Assembly (NCBI GenBank): GCA_963735175.1 | Contig: CAVTJX010000015.1 | Location: 1,657 to 65,656 of the forward strand | DNA: 64,000 nt | Source of the DNA: an uncultured bacterium | Lineage (GTDB): Bacteria; Electryoneota; RPQS01 | Direction of reading: 5' to 3' | The notes under the pieces: generated by a model | Told to the model about the DNA's origin: nothing | Databases searched by the model: none | Seen by the model: the letters and a program-made list of their open reading frames with translations, nothing else | Program-made: the position numbers and the translations under genes | In this document: piece after piece, positions 28,079 through 37,758 of the stretch | Layout: every line of letters starts with the position of its first letter | Position numbering within the stretch: the stretch's first letter is position 1

Positions 28079-29380
28079 ATGACGGCTATGTCGCTTCTCT
28101 TTGAAAAGCTCCGCCAGACGGTGCCGGCTTACCGCGATGCGGTCAAGGAATTCGGCAAGACTCACGGCGAAGTCGCGATTTCCCAGGTGTCGGTGGGCGC
28201 CCTGTTGGGCGGCCAGCGCGGCGTGCTCGGTCTGCTCTGTGATACGTCGGTAGTGCCGCCGGACAAGGGACTCATCATCCGCGGCTATCCGCTGATGGAT
28301 CTCGTCAACAAGCTGCCCGAAGAGTGCCTGTGGCTGCTCTTGACGGGCGAACTGCCCACCGCCGCCGAAACGAAGGACTTGCAGGCCGACCTCACGCGCC
28401 GCAATAAGGTCCCCGGCTACATCTGGAAGATGCTCGACGCCTTCCCGAAGGACAGCCACCCGATGGCGGTCTTCAATACGCTGATCCTCGCCCTCGAACG
28501 CGACTTCGTCTACCGCAAGCGTTACGACGAAGGCATGAAGAAGGACGAATACTGGATCCCGACGCTCGAGGATTCGCTCGACATCATCGCCCGCATTCAC
28601 ACCATCGGCGCGGCCGTCTATCGCTGGAAGTACGATCTCGGTCCGCGCATCGAACCGAACGCCGATCTCGACTGGGGCGCCAACTACGCCTACATGATGG
28701 GCGTCAAGGATCCCGACGGCGGTTTCGCCCGCCTGATGCGCGTCTACATGGTGCTGCACAGCGACCATGAAGGCGGCAACGTTTCGGCGCACACCTGCCA
28801 TTGCGTGGGCAGCGCCCTGTCCGATGCGTACTACGCGATCAGCGCCGGTCTCAACGGTCTCGCCGGCCCGCTGCACGGCCTGGCCAATCAGGAATGCCTG
28901 GCGTGGCTCGAAATGGTGCTGAAGAAGTTCAACGGCAATCCCACCGACGAACAGCTCGACGCCTTTGCCCGCGAGACGCTCGCCAGCGGCCGCGTGATCC
29001 CCGGCTACGGCCATGCCGTGCTGCGCATCACCGACCCGCGCTTCATCGCCTTCCGCAAGTTCGGCGAGAAGGAAGTGCCGGACGCTCCGGCGTTCAAGCT
29101 CGCCTGCCAGGTGTACGACGTGGTGCCGAAGATTCTCCAGACGATCCAGAAGATCAAGGATCCGTGGCCGAACGTGGACGCCATGTCGGGTTCGCTGCTG
29201 CACGCTTTCGGCTGCACGCAGGCCCAGTATTACACGGTGATGTTCGGCGTCTCGCGCGCCCTCGGCATGTGCTCGCAGCTCGTCATGAGCCGCGCGTGGA
29301 ACGAGCCGATCGAACGCCCGAAGTCGATCCCCATGGACGAACTCAAGGCCCTCGTCGCCAAGAAGACCGCGTCCGCCTAA
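28079..29380 (+). CDS. gltA: Citrate synthase
   Basis: Intact 433-aa ORF with HSDHEGGNVSAHT and GYGHAVLRITDPRF catalytic motifs. Confidence 0.93.
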   Translation: MTAMSLLFEKLRQTVPAYRDAVKEFGKTHGEVAISQVSVGALLGGQRGVLGLLCDTSVVPPDKGLIIRGYPLMDLVNKLPEECLWLLLTGELPTAAETKDLQADLTRRNKVPGYIWKMLDAFPKDSHPMAVFNTLILALERDFVYRKRYDEGMKKDEYWIPTLEDSLDIIARIHTIGAAVYRWKYDLGPRIEPNADLDWGANYAYMMGVKDPDGGFARLMRVYMVLHSDHEGGNVSAHTCHCVGSALSDAYYAISAGLNGLAGPLHGLANQECLAWLEMVLKKFNGNPTDEQLDAFARETLASGRVIPGYGHAVLRITDPRFIAFRKFGEKEVPDAPAFKLACQVYDVVPKILQTIQKIKDPWPNVDAMSGSLLHAFGCTQAQYYTVMFGVSRALGMCSQLVMSRAWNEPIERPKSIPMDELKALVAKKTASA

Positions 29381-29406
29381 ACTGTCAAAGAGCGCGTTTC
29401 GTTCAA

Positions 29407-29439
29407 GCCCGCTTCCCCCTGGGGAGCGGGCTTTTGTTT
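29407..29439 (+). terminator. Rho-independent terminator of the citrate synthase gene
   Basis: GCCCGCT(T)CCC-CCTG-GGGAGCGGGC followed by TTTTGTTT. Confidence 0.8.
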
Positions 29440-29447
29440 CTTCATTT

Positions 29448-29473
29448 GTAGGGGCGGACCCGCGGGTCCGCCC
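29448..29473 (+). repeat. REP-like element (GTAGGGGCGGACCCGCGGGTCCGCCC)
   Basis: GTAG head plus stem GGCGGACC/GGTCCGCC. Forms an inverted pair with 29506..29531. Confidence 0.8.
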
Positions 29474-29505
29474 GTCGCGTTTCATGGGCACACTCTACCA
29501 AAGGC

Positions 29506-29531
29506 GGGCGGACACGCGGGTCCGCCCCTAC
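29506..29531 (-). repeat. REP-like element, inverted copy (minus strand GTAGGGGCGGACCCGCGTGTCCGCCC)
   Basis: One mismatch relative to 29448..29473. Overlaps the stop codon of the FAD-oxidase gene. Confidence 0.8.
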
Positions 29532-30854
29532 AATTTCCTAACGGGGATAAACAGCCCGTTCGGGTCGCACTTCTTTTGCAGTTGCGAACGGACGGTGTCG
29601 CCCAGGCTGCCGCGCGCGCCCGCGCTCAGCGTGCGGGAATCGAAGGGCAGCAAACTACCCGGCGCGCAATAGCCGCCGAGACTCACAGCCACTTCGAGAA
29701 TCCGCTTCAGCAATTCCTCGGCGGTGCGCTGCGTGCGCGGCTGGTCGTCGGGATGCAGCACCCACACCCGGAAATGCCCGGCCTCCAGCGTCCCCCACAG
29801 CGCCGTGTGCAAGTTGGCGTCACGGCCCAGTTCGCAGGCGGCGTCTTCCAGTTCCGCCACCGCCAATGCCGGCAGGCGCAGCCGCGCCTCCGAGCGCGCG
29901 GGATACAGCCGCGACGTGGTGCGCGGGAAGCGCAACAGATCCTGCCACAACGCGTCGATGGCCGAAGCCGTGTAAATGCGCGACTGGTAATGCGCGTTCT
30001 CCGGCGGCCGAACCGCGTCGCGCCACTCCGCGACGATGAGGATCCGCGCTTCGTCCGAGACCGTGCCGTCGTTGCCCTCGCGCAGAATCTGCGTCGCGGT
30101 CTCGCCCCAGTAAACCACGGTTTCGGGCAGCGGCGAAAGTTCGCGCAGTTCGGCCAGCAGTTCCACCGCGCTCGTGCCGTCGGGTAATTCGTAAAGCACC
30201 GCGGTGCGCGCTGCCGGAATTCGCTGCACCGCCAACTCCACCGCCGTGATGACGCCGAGCGCGCCGCGCGAGCCATGCACAAAACCGCTCACATCCATCG
30301 CGCCGCCGTTGCGCGGCCGCCGGTCCGGTGCGCCGCAAACGGCCTTCGTAGTCGATCCACTCGATGGCGTCGACGTGCGATAACAAGCCGCCGTCGCGCC
30401 AGGTGCGCAGGCCTTCCCAGCCGGTGGCGAGCATCTCGCCCGCCGTCGAGCCGAGCGCGGCGGGCAGCAGCGGCGACCAGCGCAGGCCCAGCCGGTTGAG
30501 ATCGACGAGCAGCGCATCGATGGGCATGCCGGCGTCGACGCGCAAACTCTGGCGCGAAGCCGACAGCGTGGGCGTGCCGGAGAGCCGCGTGGTGAGCAGC
30601 AGCATTTGATTTTCCAGATCGCTCACCTGCACGGGACCCAGCCCGGAGGCGACGGCGACCTTCAAATGCTTTTCGGCGGCGAAACTCAGCGCCGCGCGCA
30701 ATTCCTCCACACCCGCGGGTTCCACCACGAGGGCGGGTAAATCGGCTTTGCTCAGGCGGCCCGCAAGGAACGCCAGAATTTCCTTCTGGCCGGTGGAAAC
30801 GCGGCCCAGGCGCAGCGCTTCGCGCAAGTGGGCGTAGCGGTCAAATAAGCGCAC
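29528..30854 (-). CDS. FAD-binding (PCMH-type) oxidoreductase, GlcE/FAD-linked-oxidase-like; at least one frame change near 30300
   Basis: ORF 29820..30854 gives the N-terminal FAD-binding part (ALVVEPAGVEELRAAL...KVAVASGLG). ORF 29528..30517 gives GSRGALGVITAVEL and the C-terminal KKCDPNGLF. Confidence 0.7.
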
Positions 30855-30856
30855 GT

Positions 30857-31184
30857 TCAGGAGGTGGGTTTCGTGTCGGATTTGGGAGCGGCGTCGGTTT
30901 TCGGCGCCGGACTGTCACTCTTATTACTCTTCTCGCTCTTGTCCTGGGAATTGGATTCCGCGGACGAGGTGTTGCGGTGGGGAATGGACGACGGGCCGAC
31001 GTTCTTCTTGCCGTAGTCGGTAATGTAGAAGCCGGAGCCTTTGAAAATCAGGCCCGAGCCGGCGGAAATCAGTCGTTCGACCGTGCCGCCGCACTGGGGG
31101 CAGATCTTGACTGGCTCGGCCACGATGCTTCTGAAACTCTTCGAACAGGTGGCCATTCTCGCAGCGATATTCGTATGTGGGCAT
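30857..31184 (-). CDS. FmdB-family zinc-ribbon protein (CxxC_CxxC_SSSS); one frame change
   Basis: MPTYEYRCENGHLFEEFQ (ORF 30924..31250) joins to ...KICPQCGGTVERLISAGSGLIFKGSGFYITDY (ORF 30857..31228). Confidence 0.8.
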
Positions 31185-31209
31185 AGGTGGGTTGGGGACG
31201 TGGGACGGT

Positions 31210-31725
31210 TTAGTATTCGTCTTCCCACAGGACGATGCGGAAGCGGCCATCCGCGGGCTTGAACAGGGTAAAGCGGGCGAAACCGAGCAGCGGCGAAATG
31301 TCGTCGAGAATCAATGTGTAGTGCACGCGGATTTCCACGGGCGTATCGGTTGTGGAATTCTGCAGATCCGTCGAATCCAGCCCGCCCCAGATGAGCGACA
31401 GATTATTAAACGTGCGAAACATCCGGGCCGTGGTGCGCAATTCGGTCTCGCGGTACCAGCCTTCCGAGCGCTGCAGCGTCACGTCGTAATAGCGGAACTG
31501 GAACTGATCGTCGAGCAGCGCCGCGTACTGCACCGAATCGCCCAGTTGGTAAGCGGTGACGAAATTCTGCAGCATCCCGCCCACGGTGGAAGCGTCGGTC
31601 CACAACGACTCCGTCGAGCCGCGCAGCGCCGGAGCGAACGGATTCTCGCAGCTCACCACCGCCAGCGCCAGCAACAGCGCGGCGATCAGCGTCCTAGCGA
31701 GACCAGCGACTTGAATTCGCTCCAC
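31210..31725 (-). CDS. Lipoprotein of unknown function (paralogue of 31686..32273)
   Basis: 171-aa ORF with the lipobox-like LALAVVSC. Shares block order with the upstream gene. Confidence 0.55.
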   Translation of the reverse strand: MERIQVAGLARTLIAALLLALAVVSCENPFAPALRGSTESLWTDASTVGGMLQNFVTAYQLGDSVQYAALLDDQFQFRYYDVTLQRSEGWYRETELRTTARMFRTFNNLSLIWGGLDSTDLQNSTTDTPVEIRVHYTLILDDISPLLGFARFTLFKPADGRFRIVLWEDEY

Positions 31726-32273
31726 GACGGTTGCTCCCCGGCGCGCAAATCGCGCCAGCGGTAAATCTGCCAGTAACTATCCCGTCCCTTGCGCATCACG
31801 AACTCAGCCGTTCCCGCCGGTTCTCGCGGCACGCCGCTGACGGCCACGTGCGCCGCCAGATTGTAAGCGGCGCGGACCAGTGTGCTGTCGGCGGCGGGAT
31901 CTTCCACCACGTCCGAGAACACCACGGCCAAAACGCTGTCGGCGGGCAGCACGCCCGAGCTGAAGAGCTGGCTCGCCATCTGCGACTCCGCGCTGTAATC
32001 CCAGTCCTGCAGCGACGGGTAAAGCGACAGCGCCACGGCGTCGGCCTCGAAGGCGAAACTGTCGGGGCTGAACGACCGCAGGTAGTTCACCGCGTCGTGC
32101 TGCGAGAGCGCGTCCGCCATGTTGCGCAGGACGTCGCGCGCCTCGACCGGGACTTCCCACTGGTGACGATTCGTATCCGGCGCTTCCGCGTCACGCGTGG
32201 AAAACAGGTCGCAGCCCGCCAGTCCCAGCGCGAGCAGCGGTAATAGCAGTCCGGTCAGACGAAGTCGCGGCAT
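31686..32273 (-). CDS. Lipoprotein of unknown function
   Basis: 195-aa ORF with the signal and lipobox LLPLLALGLAGC. Confidence 0.55.
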   Translation of the reverse strand: MPRLRLTGLLLPLLALGLAGCDLFSTRDAEAPDTNRHQWEVPVEARDVLRNMADALSQHDAVNYLRSFSPDSFAFEADAVALSLYPSLQDWDYSAESQMASQLFSSGVLPADSVLAVVFSDVVEDPAADSTLVRAAYNLAAHVAVSGVPREPAGTAEFVMRKGRDSYWQIYRWRDLRAGEQPSWSEFKSLVSLGR

Positions 32274-32277
32274 GGAA

Positions 32278-33580
32278 TTAACACACCAGAAATGAAGTGA
32301 TCAACAGCACCGGCAACAGAATCGGCAGTGAGTAGCGGAGAATGTAATCGAAAAAGGACGGCGTCTTGAGTCCGGCGTGATCGGCAATCGCCTTGCACAT
32401 GAAATTGGGGCCGTTGCCGATGTAGGTCATGGCCCCGAAGAACACCGCCGAAATCGAAATCGCCCGCAGAAAGTGCGCATGCGACTGCGCGAAAGTCAGC
32501 ACATCCGCCGGCGAATCCACCGCCAGCCCGGTCATGCCCATCGCCGCCGCGAGGAAATTCAGATAGGTGGGCGCGTTGTCGAGCACCGCCGAAAGCGAAC
32601 CCGTCGCCCAGAAGAAAGCGCGCGGCGTCTCCAGCCCCAGCATGCGGGCGTTGGCCGACAGCCAGTCCAGCGTGGGCACCATGCAGGCAAAGATCCCGGC
32701 AAAGAGGATCGCCACCTCGAGGATCGGGTGGAAATGGAATTCGTTCAGTTTGTGAACGCGGCGCGGCGTCAGGAAATACGAGGCTACGGCGGCGCCGATC
32801 ATCAGCGTCTCGCGCAGCAAAAGCGGCTGTTGAATGAAAGCCGCGCCGATGATCACCGCGATGAACAGCAGATTGATCAGCCCTTCGACGCGCACGCGGT
32901 CGGGCCGCTCGGCTTCCACCCGCTCCGCGCCGCGGCCGCCCCTTGTAGTCGCGGCGGTCGATGAAAAAGAAGGCGGCCAGCAGCAGGATGATCGCCAGCA
33001 TCCACTTGTACCACAGATGCTCGAGCACCCACAGAAACGGCACGCCGCGAATATAGCCGAGGAACAGCGGCGGATCGCCGATGGGCGTCAGCGCGCCGCC
33101 GCAATTGGCGACGATGAAAATGAAAAAGACGATGTGGTACGGCTGAAAGCGCCAGTGGTTGCCGCGCAGGAAGGGGCGGATGAGGATCATCGCCGCGCCC
33201 GTCGTTCCCACGACGTTGGCGATGACCGATCCGATGGCGAGCAGCGCCACGTTCTGGCGCGGCGTGAATTCGCCGCGCAACCCGATGTGAATGCCGCCCG
33301 AAACCACGAACAGCGAGCCGATCAGCGCGATAAACGACAGGTATTCGTGCGCGGTGTGCAGCATCCGCCCGCCGCCGCCGAAGAAACCCACATAGTAGAC
33401 GACGACCACCGCGCCCAGAGTCAGCGCGAAATGTGGATAGCGGCGCGACCACCAGTTGGGAGCGGCCAGCGGAAGAATCGCAATTCCCGCGAGCAGCAGG
33501 AAAAACGGCGTCGACCAAAGTAGCGGGGGCGGAGCAGCGGCCGCGCCCTCCGACAGCACCGGCAGGAGCGCATTCAGCAT
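32278..33580 (-). CDS. ArsB/NhaD-superfamily permease (sodium:proton antiporter / citrate-transporter-like); one frame change near 32930
   Basis: ORF 32255..33580 (N-terminal half, IRPFLRGNHWRFQPYHIVFFIFIVANCGGALTPIGDPPLFLG) continues in ORF 32278..32919 (SAVLDNAPTYLNF...YIGNGPNFM). Confidence 0.75.
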
Positions 33581-33621
33581 CCGGCAGCTCGAAAATTCAG
33601 ATTAGGCGCGCGCATCGGCTT

Positions 33622-34452
33622 TCAGGGTTGCTCGTGAATGTGATTCAGCAGTGTCTCCGTCACAGCGAAGAGCGCGCGGCACATGGCGTTGCGGGTACTG
33701 TCGGATTGCCGGGCCTCGCGGGGGATCTCGATGTGCAGCGCCCGTGTCGCGACTTCGGGCCGTAACGAACCAAGCTGCTTGGTAGCCTCCGCCGTCAAAC
33801 GCAGTACGTGCAGCGGTTCGATACGCAGTGCGGGCAGATCTTTGGCCCGCGTTCGCTGGTGGGTCCACACAGAATCAATCTCCTGCGCCAGACCGGCGTC
33901 AACGCCCGCCGTCGCCACTTCGAGGAACGGCGTGCGATGGTGCGCGTGGATTTCGATCAGGAGATCAATGGGCAGCGCGTCCAACCCTGTCGCTTGCAGG
34001 AGCGACGCGAGATACTGGGCATGCGCCGCCTGCGCGCGTTCCGTCACGGCTTCCGCGCCGTCGGGCCGCGCTGATTCGGTAGGCCGGTTGACGTGCAGGT
34101 GGCGGCCGATGGCCACGGGGATCGTGTGCGGATCCTGATCGCGAAAATTCCGCGCCACGACCCATCCGGTCTGGAACTGCCGCGCGATGCGGTTACAGAA
34201 GAATTCGGCCCAGTTGTCGAAGCTGACGTGGGGCGCAGAAACGACGACGGCACGGGAGAGTTGGCAGAGACCGCGGATCTCGATTTCCGCCGGAATCAAC
34301 TCCTGCAACAGCGCGCGGGCGTCGTCGCGCGAAAGGCGTTGGCCGGTAAGCGTGGGAAACTCCGTATCGCCGCCGGCCAGAAACGCAAAGAGTTGGGTTT
34401 TGAGATCGTCCGAGCGTTCGAAAGCCACGCGTAACTTGTCCAGCAGCTTCAC
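33622..34452 (-). CDS. Hypothetical protein (276 aa, intact)
   Basis: Intact ORF with native composition. Only a weak resemblance to N-formylglutamate-amidohydrolase-like proteins (HVNRP). Not assigned. Confidence 0.45.
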   Translation of the reverse strand: MKLLDKLRVAFERSDDLKTQLFAFLAGGDTEFPTLTGQRLSRDDARALLQELIPAEIEIRGLCQLSRAVVVSAPHVSFDNWAEFFCNRIARQFQTGWVVARNFRDQDPHTIPVAIGRHLHVNRPTESARPDGAEAVTERAQAAHAQYLASLLQATGLDALPIDLLIEIHAHHRTPFLEVATAGVDAGLAQEIDSVWTHQRTRAKDLPALRIEPLHVLRLTAEATKQLGSLRPEVATRALHIEIPREARQSDSTRNAMCRALFAVTETLLNHIHEQP

Positions 34453-34934
34453 GGCGCGTCCCTCCCCGCCGGGGAGCGGCGCTGGAAATAGAGATCGAAC
34501 GCGGCCAGAATAAACTGCGGTTTGTAACCGTTGCCGTCCACGTCCACCGTCCGCACCGTGCCGCTTTCGATGTCGGTACGCTCGGCCCAGCGGTAATCCG
34601 TGTGCTCCCAGTTGAGCGTGATCTCGCCACGTACGCTTTCGGCCACGTAATCGAGGCCCAGAATCGGCGGGCGAACGCCGTCGATAGTGCCAAACCAGGC
34701 TCCGGCAATGGCGAGAACCTCGATTTCGAGCCCGGTTTCCTCGCGCACTTCGCGGCGCAGTCCAACGAGTGGCGGTTCATCCACCAGCAGGTGGCCGCCC
34801 ACGGGCGCGTAAACGCGCGGTGGATTGGTGCGCTGCAAGAGCAGCAGGCGGCCATCGCGAAAAATGTACGCGCTGGCCGCCACGCGGTGCGTGTAAGGAT
34901 AATCCGCGCCGCGTGGCGGTCCCGCGCAATCCAT
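34449..34934 (-). CDS. NUDIX hydrolase
   Basis: ATG at 34934 overlaps the upstream stop (TGATG). The Nudix box is GGHLLVDEPPLVGLRREVREETGLEI. Confidence 0.85.
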   Translation of the reverse strand: MDCAGPPRGADYPYTHRVAASAYIFRDGRLLLLQRTNPPRVYAPVGGHLLVDEPPLVGLRREVREETGLEIEVLAIAGAWFGTIDGVRPPILGLDYVAESVRGEITLNWEHTDYRWAERTDIESGTVRTVDVDGNGYKPQFILAAFDLYFQRRSPAGRDAP

Positions 34935-36074
34935 CAGGCCACCGCCGCCGGGGTCTTGATTTTCGCGGCCACGGCATGCGCCATTTCCAGCGTCGTCGCC
35001 TTGCCGCCCATGTCGTAGGTGCGGACCTTGCCTTCGGCGATGACGGCGGCGACAGCGGCTTCCAGCCGCACGGCCATTTCGGTTTCGCCCAGCCAGTCGA
35101 GCATCATCTTCGCCGCCAGCAGCGTGGCAATGGGATTGACTTTGTACATGCCCGCGTACTTCGGCGCGCTGCCGTGCGTGGGCTCGAAGACGGCGTAGCT
35201 GTCGCCGATGTTGCCCGCCGCCGCGAAGCCGAGGCCGCCCACGAGCTGCGCGCAGAGATCCGAAAGGATGTCGCCGAACATGTTTTCGGCCACGATGATG
35301 TCGTAGTCGAAGGGATTCTTCACCAGCCACATGCACTGCGCGTCGATGTTCGTTTCGTAGAGCGGAATGGAGGGATATTCCTTCGCCACTTCGCGGGCGG
35401 TGCGGACCATCAGGCCGCCGGTTTCGCGCAGCACGTTGGGTTTGTCGCAGACGGTGACGCTGCGGCGGCCGTGGCGCTTGGCGAATTTGAACGCTTCCTT
35501 GACGATGCTGCGGCAGCCCTGGCGCGACATGATGCGCAGCGTGACGGCGATGTTGTCCAGGCCGTAGTCGCCGAACTTCTTCATCTTCTTGTTGGCCGCC
35601 GCCAGCGCGTCGAACACCGGCTGCGGCAGCGGATGGAACTCGACGCCGCCATACATGCCCTCGGTGTTCTCGCGGAAGACGACGATGTCGATGCCTTCCT
35701 TGTAGTTCAGCGGGTTGCCGGGGTAGGCTTTGGTGGGGCGGATATTGGTGTGCAGGTTCAGTTCCTGCCGCAGGCGGACGATGGGCGAGAAATAGTCGTA
35801 GCCCTTGCCGCGCAGTGCGGGCAGAAGTTCGGCGTTGGCTTCGTCGCGCGGCTTGCTGGTGATGGCGCCAAAGAGCGCGCACTCGGTTTGCTTGAGGATC
35901 GTCGAGCGTGCGGTCGGGGAGGGCGTTGCCTTCGCGGATCCAGAATTCCCAGCCGATATCGCCATGCGTATAGTCCGCGTCGAATTCGAGCGCGTCGAGA
36001 CAGATGCGAGCCGCTTCCATGACCTCGGTGCCAACGCCGTCACCGGGAAGCCAGGCGATTGAATGTTTTGCCAT
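34934..36074 (-). CDS. Isocitrate/isopropylmalate dehydrogenase-family enzyme; one frame change near 35900
   Basis: [22 protein letters not shown] (ORF 34449..36074) continues in ORF 34934..36172 with [20 protein letters not shown] and [10 protein letters not shown]. Confidence 0.85.
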
Positions 36075-36168
36075 GTTGAGATGTGAAAAATGAAACGGAT
36101 TCGATTGCGTGGAAATAAGCGAGAATTAAGACGAAACAAACCTGTGATCCGAAGTCTCAAACCGAAAT

Positions 36169-36699
36169 TCATTTAGGCAGCGATAGACTTTCATCCCCGG
36201 GGATACAGCTTCCGTCACCGTAAGTCCACGGATGGCGTTCGAAGAATTGGTCGTCACGGGATTTCGGCGGAAAGGAAAAGTTCATCGGCCACCAGACGCC
36301 AGTTGGCTTTCCATTGCGCTCGGCAGGGATAAAACGCCATACGGGGAGCACATGCTCGACAGCAGCCGCAAATCCCCAGCCGCTGGGCTGCTCCTGTTTG
36401 ATCCGCCATCGCAGCGGCTCGCCCGTCTTATTGATGAAGACGAGCGCATGCACCTTACCTTCTACGCTGGCGGCCTTCGCAGAATCGGGATAAAGCGGTA
36501 AAGGGCTGGCGTACCGCAGAGGTGTCGGAAGAAACCCTGACCACACCAGGGGGTGTGGATATCGTGCCTGTTTTGCAGTCGTGTCTACCACGGCGGGAGA
36601 AACCGGCTGTGCAGGAGAAAGCGCTAATGGTTCAATGGCACTGAGGATCGACATGGCCGAAAGAATGGCGATTGTGCGAGAGCAAAGATCCATGTGCAT
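36169..36699 (-). CDS. TonB C-terminal-domain protein
   Basis: 176-aa ORF with a hydrophobic N-terminus, a Pro-rich linker and YPDSAKAASVEGKVHALVFINKTGEP...GFAAAVEHVLPVWRFIPAERNGKP. Confidence 0.65.
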   Translation of the reverse strand: MHMDLCSRTIAILSAMSILSAIEPLALSPAQPVSPAVVDTTAKQARYPHPLVWSGFLPTPLRYASPLPLYPDSAKAASVEGKVHALVFINKTGEPLRWRIKQEQPSGWGFAAAVEHVLPVWRFIPAERNGKPTGVWWPMNFSFPPKSRDDQFFERHPWTYGDGSCIPGDESLSLPK

Positions 36700-36722
36700 G
36701 CACCTCTCCAGTTGCTTCGAAG

Positions 36723-36812
36723 GACGGCGGCCTCTGGAGAGGCCGCACGGCGATTCGATCTTACTCAGACGGCGGCCTCTGGAGAAGCCGCACGGCGATC
36801 CGTTCTTACAAC
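36723..36812. repeat. Two tandem copies of a 45-nt unit, each with the hairpin GCGGCCTCT-GG-AGAGGCCGC
   Basis: GACGGCGGCCTCTGGAGAGGCCGCACGGCGATTCGATCTTACTCA is followed by GACGGCGGCCTCTGGAGAAGCCGCACGGCGATCCGTTCTTACAAC. On the minus strand each unit starts GTAAGA. Confidence 0.85.
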
Positions 36813-36819
36813 GAACAGC

Positions 36820-37278
36820 TCAAATCCTCACGGGGCCGGGGGCGCGGCGGGGGTCCAGCGATTTGCGGTACCAGAAGAGGGGGACAAACAGCGCCAGCGA
36901 AAAGAGCAGCGTGAGCTGGGCGAAGGGATTGTCGCGCATCACGTAGAGCGCGCCCCCGCCGATGAGCAGCATCAACGCCGAAACGCGCACCGCCACATCC
37001 CACGCCCACGCTTCCTTGCGGCGCAAGCCCGGCACGGTGAACATTACCACCCACGCCGAAAAGAAGACCGCCGCCCCGGTGGCGAGGTACATGAAGAGAA
37101 AGATGTGCTCCCATTCATCAGGCAGCATGGTGACGGCGGGTTTCTGCATGAACAGCACCGCCGCTCCAAACTGGAACAGGCTCAGCACCATCGCGAAGAC
37201 CGCGTTGTAATAAATCCACCCCGTCACCGCCATCCGCCGCCGGCCCAATTGCTGATCGACCCTGGCCTTGTAATCCAT
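36820..37278 (-). CDS. Integral membrane protein of unknown function (four predicted helices)
   Basis: Intact 152-aa ORF with four hydrophobic segments. Confidence 0.55.
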   Translation of the reverse strand: MDYKARVDQQLGRRRMAVTGWIYYNAVFAMVLSLFQFGAAVLFMQKPAVTMLPDEWEHIFLFMYLATGAAVFFSAWVVMFTVPGLRRKEAWAWDVAVRVSALMLLIGGGALYVMRDNPFAQLTLLFSLALFVPLFWYRKSLDPRRAPGPVRI

Positions 37279-37318
37279 GAAGGTCTCCCCTGCCGCTAAG
37301 GTGCTGGACGAATCGAAG

Positions 37319-37356
37319 AATAAATTCGAAATCCGAAATCCGAGTCAGAGAGAGCG
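37319..37356. repeat. Tandem heptamers (CGAATCG AAGAATA AAT..CGAAATC CGAAATC CGAGTC)
   Basis: Read directly in the intergenic gap. Same unit family as 44192..44216 and 60554..60599 (reverse complement). Confidence 0.7.
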
Positions 37357-37365
37357 ACGGAACCG

Positions 37366-37743
37366 TTAGTCGCCCGTAGGAATGATCCCCCGATTTTCCA
37401 CCATCAGCAACACGGTGCGCTGGGCGGCGCGGGTGCGGTGCATGACACCGCTGGGAACGACGACCCCCTGCCGCGGTGCAAGTGCGAAGGTCTGGTCTTC
37501 CAGCTCCACGAACAACCGGCCCTCAAGCACGTAGAAGAATTCGTCGTCGGCGTCGTGCTTGTGCCAATGATACTCGCCTTCGACGACGGCCATGCGCACG
37601 ACGGAGCCATTGACTTCGCACAGCGTCTGGTTGAACCACTTATGCGGGCAGGCGTCGGACAGCGCTTTTTCGTCGATGAGTTGCAGCGGCGGGTAGAGCA
37701 CGTCGAGGCGGGTGACGTAAGGGAAGTCGGCGGGGTTGCTCAT
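37366..37743 (-). CDS. Cupin-domain protein
   Basis: Intact 125-aa ORF with GEYHWHKHDADDEFFYVLEG and VVPSGVMHRT cupin motifs. Confidence 0.8.
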   Translation of the reverse strand: MSNPADFPYVTRLDVLYPPLQLIDEKALSDACPHKWFNQTLCEVNGSVVRMAVVEGEYHWHKHDADDEFFYVLEGRLFVELEDQTFALAPRQGVVVPSGVMHRTRAAQRTVLLMVENRGIIPTGD

Positions 37744-37758
37744 GCGGGAAGTCCTTTG

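Noticed and set aside
27932-29491. 519-aa minus-strand ORF covering the whole citrate synthase gene
   Set aside because: It is antisense to an intact, motif-perfect gltA. Its translation is low-complexity and Arg/Ala/Gly-rich, as expected for stop-poor antisense frames in high-G+C DNA. Its N-terminus is merely the translation of a REP element (GRTRGSAPT).
34449-36074. 541-aa ORF spanning the IDH-family and NUDIX genes
   Set aside because: It is a composite. Only its first ~60 aa (IDH N-terminus) and last 161 aa (NUDIX) are meaningful, and the middle is out of frame relative to ORF 34934..36172, which carries the dehydrogenase motifs.
36723-36812. Possible CRISPR array (also considered for 50132..50208 and the heptamer arrays)
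   Set aside because: There are only two repeat copies, either with no spacers (head-to-tail) or with a single 11-nt gap. The heptamer arrays have no spacers at all. No cas genes are in the window.
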